NCBI GenBank assembly: GCA_977020255.1
Contig: CDROCS010001545.1
Span: 62,001 to 126,000 of the forward strand
Length of the DNA stretch: 64,000 nucleotides
Direction of reading: 5' to 3'
From: Obrimoposthia wandeli
Lineage: Eukaryota
Shown piece after piece: positions 37,790 to 49,865 of the stretch (position 1 is its first letter; each line of letters opens with the position of its first letter). A program made the translations under genes and the position numbers. The notes beneath the pieces were generated by a model. It was not told where the DNA came from, did no database searches, and saw nothing but the letters and a program-made list of their open reading frames with translations.

Positions 37790-39160
37790 AAAAATTCTAT
37801 ATTGTATTACCATCTAATAGTTGTCCAAACACTCAACATAATAATACCGCCTCGAAATTTATTGTTGATTGGGAAAATTCGATAGAACTTCAAGGTGAAT
37901 GGGAAGTTGCATTGACAGAATTTACTTATAGTAATACACCCGTTATTTTACACAAGGGTGATGAAATAAATTATAAGGAAACGGTTAGTGCTAAGAAAAC
38001 CGATACTGTCTCATTAAATGTTGAATTTAAAGATGTGGAAATTCATAATGATAAGCATAATATAAAAAAAAAATTTAAAAATTTCGATAATAATTGGAGT
38101 GATGAAGTATTTGAAATAGCAAAAATCAATTTACATGCAAACCCTGTAATGTATAACATCATATATGAGTATAAAAGTCCGATATTTTATGAGCAAGAAT
38201 TACAAGTTATTGATAAACCAAAAGTATATAGGATACAAGAATTCATTAAATCTAAAGGTCGAGGTAAGAATAAACAATATTACGTAAAATGGCATGGATA
38301 TAAAACACCAACATGGATAAAAGCGAACCAGATAGAGTAAAAAAATTCTATATTGTATTACCATCTAATAGTTGTCCAAACACTCAACATAATAATACCG
38401 CCTCGAAATTTATTGTTGATTGGGAAAATTCGATAGAACTTCAAGGTGAATGGGAAGTTGCATTGACAGAATTTACTTATAGTAATACACCCGTTATTTT
38501 ACACAAGGGTGATGAAATAAATTATAAGGAAACGGTTAGTGCTAAGAAAACCGATACTGTCTCATTACATGTTGAATTTAAAGATGTGGAAATTCATAAT
38601 GATAAGCATAATATAAAAAAAAAATTTAAAAATTTCGATAATAATTGGAGTGATGAAGTATTTGAAATAGCAAAAATCAATTTACATGCAAACCCTGTAA
38701 TGTATAACATCATATATGAGTATAAAAGTCCGATATTTTATGAGCAAGAATTACAAGTTATTGATAAACCAAAAGTATATAGGATACAAGAATTCATTAA
38801 ATCTAAAGGTCGAGGTAAGAATAAACAATATTACGTAAAATGGCATGGATATAAAACACCAACATGGATAAAAGCGAACCAGATAGAGTAAAAAAATTCT
38901 ATATTGTATTACCATCTAATAGTTGTCCAAACACTCAACATAATAATACCGCCTCGAAATTTATTGTTGATTGGGAAAATTCGATAGAACTTCAAGGTGA
39001 ATGGGAAGTTGCATTGACAGAATTTACTTATAGTAATACACCCGTTATTTTACACAAGGGTGATGAAATAAATTATAAGGAAACGGTTAGTGCTAAGAAA
39101 ACCGATACTGTCTCATTAAATGTTGAATTTAAAGATGTGGAAATTCATAATGATAAGCAT
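37526..39160 (+). repeat. 551-bp tandem triplication spanning the integrase 3' end and the minor capsid 5' end
   Basis: Units start at 37526, 38077 and 38628. ORFs 37762, 38313 and 38864 are spaced by exactly 551 bp. Confidence 0.97.
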
Positions 39161-40013
39161 AAACCTGTTAAATTTAATATAAAGAAAATTTCAAAAGTAG
39201 AAATAAAATCATCAAAACGCATTGCTAATCTTTATTGTGAGTTTCGTACATATGGCAAAGATAAAATGGAAAATGTACTTTTTATAAAATCTTTAAATAA
39301 ACAGAAATTCTATATAAAACTATCGAAAAAAATCAAAAAATCAATTGGGTTTCCTAAATAATCAATTAAACCATGAAAATTACTTAGCATATGATGATAA
39401 TGGTATTTTAACTGCGCAAAAATCCATACATCATAAATATGTATCAACAAAATTCGAATATTATCAATTAGGAGATAAAAATATCAATTCAAAAATCGTG
39501 TTTGACAACGATTTCAATAGTACAGATTTGAATGCTCTAGTTAAATACGTTATATCTAAATGTAATCATATTTTTAGCATGTTTTATATTGAAAAAGATA
39601 AATTCATTAAATTCAAGTTAAAATCAAATATTTCAAGTATAATGTTTAATAATCGTATGGCATTTGTACTGGGTCTTAATAAAACAGAATTTACAGGTGA
39701 CGGTAAAGGTATTCCTCAATTAATATGTGAGTTTGATCACATGTACCTGTATACCAATTTGATAGAGTCTATAAATGTTGGTGGTGTAAAAATACCATTG
39801 TTAAAATCAATTTGGTTAGATAAAAACAAAAAATATGGTGATATCGCAAAAATTACAATAATTAGACTAATGTATGTTCCTGTAATATCAACATCTATTT
39901 CAAATATTGAAGTAAATATTCGCAATGATAGTGGAATACCGATAAACGTTGCTCATAACGCAAAAACTAGTTTAACACTACATTTCCGAAAAGTTATGTA
40001 TAAACAAAATTAA
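38864..40013 (+). pseudogene. Polinton minor capsid (penton-like) protein, frameshifted near 39350
   Basis: N-terminal FYIVLPSNS...NTASKF...LQGEWEVALTE and C-terminal MYLYTNLIE...VGGVKIPLL...MYVPV...IEVNIRNDSG...LTLHFR are typical of Polinton minor capsids. Confidence 0.8.
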
Positions 40014-40031
40014 ATCATGTAATCGTTAATA

Positions 40032-40415
40032 ATGTCTCTATTTGATGTGTATAGTACAACCCAAACAGGTGGTGAACTACCTTACTTTGTTGGAAAACAA
40101 TATGGTTAAGGTTGGTTGGAAGTTTTGGGACGAATTGCGTTTCCTATACTATCCTGTTTAGGACGAATTGGTGCAAAAACACTTACAAATGTAGTAATGA
40201 ACGATAAACCAATTTTGAGTGAACTAAAATCAAATGCAATATGTGAAGTACCAGGTTTGTTGCCTGAAGCAACAAAAGCTGCTACTCAACTAATGACTGT
40301 AATAAAGAAAAGTCGAAAACGACCAGCAGAAATTCCTGTTGAAATGAAAGAAGAAGTACAGAAAGGTAGAGGTAGTATAAACAAACGTAGAAAAATAGGA
40401 ACAATATTTGAGTAA
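40032..40415 (+). pseudogene. Small basic putative core protein with QxGG/QxGxG motifs; premature TAA at 40107
   Basis: MSLFDVYSTTQTGGELPYFVGKQYG*GWLEVLGRIAFP...; basic C-terminus; lies between the minor and major capsid genes. Confidence 0.65.
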
Positions 40416-40418
40416 GAA

Positions 40419-40649
40419 ATGGCATGTGCAAAATCTGAACTGTGTTTATTTGATCGTCCACTAACTCAAATTGCTATAGAAAATGGATGTTTTGAGAATA
40501 TTTTCCCGGTTAATAATTATAATAATAATTTAACAATTATTACCGGTAGTAATATTAATACAATCGAGTTTAATATCCATTCTAGTGAAACAGACACTTC
40601 AGAATTTGATCATTGTAATGTCGGTTCAATTTCCCTTAGTAGAAATTAA
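40419..40649 (+). pseudogene. Major capsid protein, internally deleted and truncated
   Basis: CAKSELCLF...TQIAIE...IEFNI is the MCP N-terminus. It is joined directly to TDTSEFDHCNVGSISLSRN, which matches TDVTQFDNLNVGSVTLSRN in the MCP C-terminal ORF at 61684-62193. Confidence 0.8.
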
Positions 40650-41176
40650 AGAGTTGAAAATTGAAATTGAGAAGTTAGAACTTCTCATCTTAAAACGTCA
40701 ACTACAAAATATAAAGTTGTAAATTTTTTTTGTTGTTGTTATCTATTTATTCACTTGTATATATTAATACAACTTTTGTGTTTAATCAATTTATTTATTA
40801 TATAGGATTATTTTGATTAGTTGACCAATTATATTGAAGTTAGGTTTTTATATAATCGAAACACTTTAGTTTTAAAAATCATTTCATCATTATGACTCTA
40901 AGTACTTTAGACATGTTATGCACTCTTCGGATTAACCTTAAAGAAGACATTTTTAAACTATATACATCTCAATATTTTTCATTATATTGTGCTCCAGAAC
41001 TTTTTAAATTAAGGAGAATGGAACTTTACCAATATCATCAACGTAAGATTTTTATTTTTTTAAAAATATTTAATGTACATTTAATAGTTATGGGAGATAT
41101 TCAATACTACTATCATCATGAGATGCCGATTTGTAATCATATGAATAGATGATTTATTGATTTTATTTTAATTTTA

Positions 41177-44100
41177 TTTGTTGATAGAGTTCCAACGCCG
41201 CTGTATCCAACTGGGTCTTCGGGATCGTACCATATCGTTTCCATTACAACAATTTATTTTTAAATCAAAATTAGGTAAGTTGTTTCTCATATACTTTAGG
41301 CAACAGCTCTAGCAAGTAGGGGACTGATTAAAGTTGCAACTATCGGTAAAAGTGCACCAATTAATCCTCATTTTAAAGAAATATTATTTTTGTTTATACA
41401 CCATACATTTGTTGAAAATATCGGTTCTTATTCTCAATTCATCAGGATATGATTGAGTAAAATCAAGAAACAAGTAACCATGAGGATTTTTAGTTGCATC
41501 TTGAAATGAATTTATCAAATATTGCTTGTTATTAGGAAATGCTTGACGTGAAACATAGTCAATAACCGTTTGATCACGAGGATTCTTAAACAAAACCAAG
41601 TAATATACGTTTAATTTACGTGTTATATGTTTACTGCCTTGATGAAATAGGTTTTGAGTAATGAAAATTACGGTAACACAGTTGTGTCTTGCTATTTTTG
41701 TAAATAAATTATTAAAGATTGACTCTTTATGTGCTTCATCATACAAGTCATCAATTACTATAACATCATTACGTTTTAACCGTTTTAACTAGTTTTGATC
41801 AAAACTATTGATAAATTTAATGTTTTTAAGTTTACATAATTCACTTTTAGTTAACCGGGATTTGCAAACATCACCATAATGCCAATAAAATTTATTAAAT
41901 CGATTATTAAACATTTGATTGTTTTGTAATAATTTAGTTACAAAATGTGTTTTACCACTACCACTAGGTCCTACTATTTGATATACTGCATCATTTTTAA
42001 GTTTCATAATAATAAGAATAATAATATTGTTTATAGGCATTTTATTAATATATACACCAAAAACGAATTAAAAATTGATACAGAAAAGGTTATATACATC
42101 ATATTTGAACGATTAATCTGAATGAAATTTTCAAAATCCTTTTTCCATTTGAGATCTCTGTAGACATGGGTGCGAACAATTTTATCAATTAATTTATCGT
42201 TTTTCTCCATTCTTATATAAATCATCATCAAATTTCAATTGTTTATACCATGAAATTTTACATTTCTTACTCTCCTTTCAATTATATGTCGACATATTGG
42301 ACATGAATGTAACCTTATGGAACATGAAATACATGATTTTACATGTCCACATGGTAGAAATACTACTTCAATATGATTATTCAAACATACTACACATTCA
42401 GGTTCTTTTAACATGTATGAAAATATATTTATGTATTGTTTTTCAGGGTTTATTTCTAAATTATTTAAATCACAAATCATTTCAAATAGTGAATTGTATT
42501 CTCCATATCGCATCATTTTATATTTTAAAACAGATTTTATTCTATCTTTCGTGAAAAACCTTTTCAATTATCCGATGTTGTTGGTATCCATCAACATGTC
42601 GAATTTTTCCGTAGTTAAAGGATATTCAATTATACAATCTGATTCATTTTTCTAAATAACATTAGCATCATTATAGGGTCTTAAACTTTTTGAATATCAT
42701 ATATCAGGTAATTTTACAACAATATCTGATACATATACTTTTCCAATCAATGGTGATGTATCAAAATCAATTTGCTTGACCATAGTTTCAATTATTGGTA
42801 CATTTGAAACATTTAACTTTAAAAGAAATGGACATGTAGGAAAAGATTTCATATGTTGCTTCATTGGTTTAAGATACCATTCCCATTCGGATATTGCACC
42901 TTGACAATATATACATTTTACTTTATCAGTTGAATCATCATAATGTTTATAAAATCCAGTTTTAGCTAAATTATGTACAGATTGTTTCCCTTTAAAATTC
43001 ATAATTAAAGATCTTAATCTTTCACTTTCACGTCTATATTTCGACTGTAAAACTTTCATTCTAGAATAATCTACTTTTCGTCTAACTAAAACATCATCAA
43101 CAGTTATATAATGAAGTATATAATTGACAAGCATTTTTAAAAAATTAAAAAACATATATTTGTTCATAAGAAACTTTCAAGAAAAAATACAATAGACTCG
43201 ACTTGACAATGATAATCAAAATCTTTAATACTATGAATAATCACTTTTCCACTAGCAAACACATTAACACATAGAGGATTATATTTTAAAATTCTGAGTG
43301 CTGGAAACAATTCTGGTTCAAACATACAATTTCTTCCCATTTTCATAGATATCTTATACAAATTAACCTTCTTGTTGATATTCACAAGGATACTTAGAGA
43401 TTGAATACGTTCAATTTCTATATTTTGAGCATGTTTGATTGGTTGTTTGCAACCCATAATTCTAGATGAACCTAAATAGTAGTATTAATAATAATAATAA
43501 TAATAATACCTGTTGGAAATATAACTATAGTATAATCCTTTAACTTTTCAACATATTGTATAGCAGCGGTTCCCAACCTGTCCCAATAAGGGTCGCCTGA
43601 CAATTTTCCTGGAGTCTCCTAAGGCAACAAGGCCTTTTAAAAAGTTGTTTTATGATACCGAATGTCCTTGTGTTGTATTCTCGCGGTAATATCACTATTC
43701 TCTAATTATAATAGTCAATTAACCCATATTCTTGGGGTCACCGCAACTTGGCAAATGTTATCAAGGGGTCACCGCACCAGAAAGGTTGGGAACCGCTGTT
43801 GTATAGGTTTCTTTGATCGAAAAAGTAAGTGACTAACACTTCCCTTAAATTTACCTTTATAATTTATATTGATTATTTTCATCATGGTATAAAAATTGAT
43901 GATGTCACAAACATATATAGTTTCAAATTATCCAATGAGAATCAACCAATCAGATTCAAGTAGTCAACTATAACTACCGAAACATTTCAGTTTACTCTCA
44001 TTCATCATGTTCAATTTACAAAAACCGATTTTGAAGAGCACAAAGAAGAGGAAGAATGAAATTTTAAATACAAGCAAAGTTGTACAGATAGATTCTGATG

Positions 44101-45323
44101 ATACAGAATTAGAGGATATTTTTAATGGAGAAACAGAAGACCTATTCAAAGAATCTGTACCTTATTTCAGTTATACAATGAACTTTCTCAAGATGCCTGT
44201 TACCTTTGGATTAAAATACCCTGTTATGCTAACAAAGTCCAAGTTTGACTATGTCATCTCAAGGATCCATCAAAATGATATTAACAATATCAATGCTATT
44301 TTCCGAAGAAGGAAATTAGATATCAAAATTGAAAACTTTAGTGCTTTTATTAAAGCTGATGAACATATGTTTAAAGGAATATATACTTACTCTGAAGAAG
44401 AAATTTCTAAAAGCAAATATTGAATTTTATTTATTCAAATTCAAGGATTCAAATTCGATAGACTCGGGAGACAGAAGCATATTTGGAGAATTACTGAAGG
44501 ACTTAAGAGAGTTTAATGTAATCATATGAATAAATGATTTATTGATTTTATTTTTAATATTATTTATCATATGAATAAATAATTAATTGATTTTATTATT
44601 CTTTAAAGGTTAACTATAAACAAAAGTAATATAAATATAATCTTTGCCAAAGGTGCTGCCCGGTCTTCGGATGAAGTGCTTCCCTCTTAGGAGGCTCCGT
44701 AAGGGAGACTTTGGCCACTTAAAATCTACTTAAAATCTACTTAAAAAATCTACTCAAAATCTACTCTTGTTTAAACGGCAATATATTTAGAGCCATATTT
44801 GAAAATGGTCTTGAAATCACCTTTTGTTTTAAGCGGTAAGATATTTAGCGTCATATGTGAAAATAGGTCTTGAAATCACGCATACAACGCCAAAAATGGT
44901 TTTGCAGTAAAAGGTTCCCACTCCCCGGAGGGGGGCTATTACCATTGGTTTAGTATGCATGATTTTCAGGCCAAATGTAGGCCAACTCTCAAAATCCTGC
45001 AAACAACACCAATATAGTTTTGCAGTAAAAGGTACCCCCCGGGGGACCTATTACCATTGGTTTAGTATGCGTGATTTGTCAAGTCTCAAAATCCTGCATA
45101 CAACACCAGACATGAGTTGTATAATTTTTTGTTGTTGAGTCATTTTAAGCCAATTCAAACAATTTTTAACGACATTCTGTCTAAAATTTAGACATTTTAA
45201 CGACATTTTGTCGAAAAAATGACAGTATACAAATTTTTTTAAAGCCACTATAGTGTTGGGACTAAACCAAAGGAACCTAGCCCCCCCAGTTCCTTTGGTT
45301 TAGTACTGACACTATATACTACT
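41177..45323 (-). repeat. Right arm of the ~4-kb inverted repeat, with mirror copies of the ATPase (41384-42040), IAP (42235-43167), TBP-like gene (43164-43885) and ORF 44007-44516
   Basis: Near-identical to the left arm internally; differences seen are one silent SNP, homopolymer indels and one extra ATT unit. The outer ~0.6 kb is more diverged and has an extra subterminal repeat. Confidence 0.97.
43564..43798. mobile_element. Mirror copy of the hAT MITE in the right arm
   Basis: Same TIRs; TSD TTGTATAG (reverse complement of CTATACAA) at the homologous position. Confidence 0.95.
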
Positions 45324-48300
45324 CTGTGGTGGAGGTGGCGAGTGGATTAGACGAGACATATCCATCTACTCATATCAGCTGCATGTTTAAAACGGGAAAC
45401 ATTGTTCGTATTTTATAATATTTGATTTTTAAAATGATTATTATTTTAGACAGAATATTTAGACAGAATATCTATAAATCATAACCGAAAAATCAAGTAT
45501 TTATAATTTTCAATAATAATAATTTTAAAATAACTTATAATAAATCATAAAATCCAACAAAATAACTTTTTTGAACAATGTATACAAATTTTGTTTATAA
45601 AATACAGCCAGTTTTAATGTATGCATTTTGCACACATTTTATGGATGGAATCTATGCAGCACTACTGCCAGTGTTAAATAAATTCTTCTAGCGTCCTCGA
45701 GACAATTTTTACTGAAATTACAAACGATTTTGAAGACACACATTTTTCGTCTTAATTAAAATAGACAAATTTATTCTAAAATATTTTTTTTTCAAGCACA
45801 TAGCTTATACATAAATGAGTTGAAATATACGTATTTGGAAATATTACACGTTTAACTTTTTAGCTACTTAAAAAAAGAATTTTAAAATAAGTAACAATAC
45901 AAAAATTTTATTAAGGGACATTTAAAAAATATTTTAAATAGCAAATTTCATAAAATTTGACAGTTTTAATAAATATAATTAAATAATATTTAGTATACAG
46001 TAATCATTATTAGTTAAATTAGGCTACTTATAACTTTAAGTAAATTATTAAACAATATTTAAATGTTGAAATGTTACTGTAGAACTTGTTAGAAAAAAAA
46101 TTTTTTTGAAAAAATCAATATAAAATTTACTAATAAGATTTTTGTAGCATTGTAAAATGATAATGTCGTTTATTTACAATATTCGAAATCAGATATCAGA
46201 TCAAATTTGTTAGCGCCAGTGTCGTAGTGTTGGAAAATAGTCGACAGCACCATGCCGGTGTTACGTAATAATAAAAGGAAAATTAAAAAGTTAATTTTTT
46301 TAACAAATTCATATTTCATTGCCCATTCTGTCAATATGAATCCATATTAAAACGTAGTAGAACATTAAATTTGTTTAAGGACGTTAAAATAGGTTTTATT
46401 AAAAAAATATAAACCGATATCAAGTCAATAAAATTTATTACAAGCTCTTTTCGTAGTTTGAATGAGGTATTCAACCAAATAAGATCATTCCATGTTGACA
46501 AACATAATTACGCTCCAAACTCAGAAAATGAATGTTGACATAAGTAGTACTTTCACATACCATATATGATTTTGAATTACGATAGATGATTATTTTAAAA
46601 TATGCAAGTATGGTAAAGTAGTTTTGTTCATGTATTTAATATTATTTAACAACTTATTGTCAATAATTTAAATAGGAACAATTGTTTAAACTAATCATTG
46701 AAAATAAGAAGAGAAACAAATAATACATAAAAATTACAAACAATAAAAGAAGAACATCAATTAAAATATGATTACTGCAATTTTTATTCAATCTTTTTAA
46801 ATCTAATTCTTTTAATTTCATACTCAGTTTTTGAGATCACGTGGTTATGACAAAACGAACAGTTACCGAAATTAGTTGAAGTCTTTAAAGGTATCAGCCA
46901 CCATTGGGGTATTTTACGACCCTGCCTGTTGATGTGCACGTTATAGTAAAACTTACAGAGAAGATGGCTAGCGCATCCTGCAACTTATACTGAGCACTAT
47001 TTGCGATGTTATGGCTGAACAATGAGCCTCTTTGATTTAGTTGTAAAGGCACTTCAATTGAAAAATTCTGAAAAATTCTGTCACATAATATGCAGAAGAC
47101 ATAAATAGATCAAAGCTTGGTGTATCCAGAATGTTTTCTGTTGACAACACAGATATAAAAACGGCAAAAACATGTAATGTGACATAACCAATAGTGACTG
47201 TAAGTAAATAACTACCATCTAAAGTGATTAATATTTCAAACTATTCCACAATTTTGTTCTCAATGTAAATATTTCGTTTTTTAACTAGTATTAAATTGAA
47301 CTATTTATAAGTAGCAATTTACTATAGACTCACAATACTAGAAAACATTGTTGTCAGAGTGAGGATACAGAAACCCTTGGAAAATATTGTGTTTAGGTTC
47401 ATCCTAAATCGACATTAAAGAAAGAATATATTGCAGAAAAGAGAGCCTTAAGTCAAGGTCTGATCGACACCGTTTGCAGCAGTATCAATTTGAGATTTGG
47501 GATAAAGATTAAGTAGAAAATTAATTAAGAGATACAATCGAAAAAGTATTAAAATCAACAATGTTTAGACTCACTTTACATATTTCTTAGAACAAATAGC
47601 AAAACTAGTTTAATAATCCACATTTTAAAAACAAATTAACTGGATAAGCCTTCCTGAATAATTTTTCTTGTCATATGAGGAAAACATTGAGTCAATGTAA
47701 TTCTTTTACTTTTTTTCTTAATATCATCAAAACTATCTAGTTAACATAAACACTTTCGTCTGCGGGTTAATGAATAGGTATTTGTTTATAACTCAAATAT
47801 GTTGATAAGCGTCATTTGTAATAATTTGCAACCTAACTTTATAGCTTCTTAAGATTCCAATTTTATAAATTTATAAATTATAATTTTCCAAAATCGATTG
47901 CTTACTATCGTGATCGTTTCCAGTAAACAAATTTGAATTGAGATTGTTATAATAAAATGATTGCCAATATTGTTTGATCTGTTCTTCTATTAGTTATTAG
48001 GTACAATCTGTGAAAAAACATGAAATACATCTATTGTTGCAAATGTGCGCAAGGTATTTCAGCATTCAGTTTAGAAAGATTCAAATATCTTCTTAAGATG
48101 TTAAACTGAATAAAGGTTCTTTAAACATTGGCATTTCATAATCTGTGTATGTTACATCATTTTTCATATTAAACGCAGTTTTTATCTCTGATGTTACAAA
48201 AATGTTACAAAGTACTATGATAACTTAATTAAATGAGGAAAAAATATTAAAAAAACAAAAAGTTTTATTGGTTATCTAAATACATTTTAGCAATGGATGT

Positions 48301-48769
48301 TTATAGCTACAAAGCGTATTTGTACCCTGCCACACAAATCTCTTGTTCTTACCAAGGAGACCACATATGGAAGAATCACAAACACAATACAGTTGAGACT
48401 CGTAACTGAAATAAATAAAGAGCCAGATACAGCACTGATGTCTCGGGAAGACGAAAATTATTATTTAATGTTAGTCTCCTATCACACACTTAACAAAACA
48501 CAGTGAATCAGGGAGGTAAATAAATAATAAATATTTGAACAAGATTATCCCTCAATTTTCGTTTGTCCGATGATTTTTGATCTACAGTTCTTCTCAGATT
48601 TTGTTGTTTTAATTTATAATTTTACAACACTGTGAAAATAATGAATTTTAGAGAATTTGAAACACGAACAATGATTAGTTTACAAGATGGATTTATCGTA
48701 ATATCATTTTATAAAATTAATAAAAAACCTAGAAATACTGAGAAGTGTTATTGAGGAAAAATGTGTAAT

Positions 48770-49865
48770 ATATATACCACTAGATTTATCTGCAGCTTTT
48801 GATACGGTAAATCACGAAGTTATTCTACATTAATTAAAGCCAATAGATGTGTATGTGAGACCTTCTTAAATGATTTGAAAGTATTTAGTAAATAGAAAAC
48901 AAACAGTGATGTTGGGAAATACTTTTTCAAAAGAAGTCACTCTCTATTGGAACAATTTTATTTTTTATTAAAATCCAACTAGAACTTAAATTCCATATTT
49001 TATTTGAAAAGTATTCAAATCTCCGGTAAAGTCAAGAATTGATTAAATTATGTATATAATAGGGTTAAAATTCTAAATTTACTGCTGCATTTAAATCTGT
49101 TAATAATGAAATATTATTAAAATATGTAGAAAAAATTGGCATAATTGGAAATCAGATGAGTTGGTTTAAATGTTATTTACTTTGGTGCAAATTATATGTC
49201 ATAATTGATGACACTGTCTTAGATGCTGACTACTTAAAATGTGGCATTTCTCTAGGTTCAATGTTTGGTCCATTTCCCCCCTCGATTTATACTTCGTTGA
49301 TTACAAAAAAATATAATATTCGTTTCCACCTAACGCATTTATGTTGATTTTGTAACATTTTATGAAATTGAAAATCGAGCTATATTGATGAAATCCAGAC
49401 AATTGCTGAGGAATGAAAATAAAACTGAGGTTATATTTTTCGGATCTAAGAATAAGATAAACTACATTACAAAAATAAGTTTCATACATATCGGTGAAAA
49501 TATTATAAATTCAGAAGCTAAAATAAAGAACATTGGTTGTGTTTCCGATAAAAATATTACAATGAGTTGACAAACTAATAAAATTATATGAACATGTAAA
49601 ATACATATCAAAAAGTTATATAAATATAAAAAGAAAATACCTGACTACTGACCTAACTATAATGCTAACACATGTGATTATTACATCAATACTTGATTAT
49701 CAAAATTCTTTATTGTTTATTATTTCAGTTTTTAATTAAATCCCTTGCAGAAAAATTTTAACAAAACCGTCAGAATTATATACAAATTAAAGAATAGAGC
49801 TATTAAAAGTACATATTTAATGCACCTCCATTGGCTACCTATCACTGCTAGAATTGAATTATAGA
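48770..49865 (+). mobile_element. L2/CR1-group LINE reverse transcriptase relic
   Basis: DLSAAFDTVNH, SWFKCYL, GISLGSMFGP, KTEVIFFG, KNIGC, ITSILDYQNSLL and LHWLPITARIE in broken frames. Confidence 0.85.

Larger units (their letters stand above)
32848..45323 (+). mobile_element. Non-autonomous Polinton/Maverick (family A), 12,476 bp, palindromic
   Basis: Ends AGTAGTATATAGTGTC...GACACTATATACTACT; perfect 6-bp TSD CTGTGG (32842-32847 and 45324-45329). Carries integrase, ATPase and capsid genes; no pPolB or protease inside. Confidence 0.97.
32413..45370. mobile_element. Old non-autonomous Polinton family-B mini-element (~480 bp) interrupted by the family-A element
   Basis: Left end AGTGGGTAGTTGTCTGGTCTAATCTAC (32413) and right end GTGGATTAGACGAGACATATCCATCTACT (45370) resemble the family-B TIR at 55242/62413. 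Flanks TATATA/CATATC match 4 of 6. Confidence 0.65.

Noticed and set aside
39340-39361. GGGTTTC heptamer at the minor capsid ORF overlap as a programmed -1 frameshift
   Set aside because: The heptamer is in the wrong phase and the downstream ORF is +1; an indel in the nearby A-runs explains the break.
41177-45323. Dismissing the right arm as a pure assembly fold-back artefact
   Set aside because: The right end has its own diverged TIR, the matching TSD and a distinct flank, and the arms differ by a SNP and a microsatellite unit. This makes an artefact unlikely but does not exclude it without reads.
46830-47160. Possible hAT transposase fragment (YLRCYG, resembling YVHCYAH)
   Set aside because: A single weak motif is not enough.
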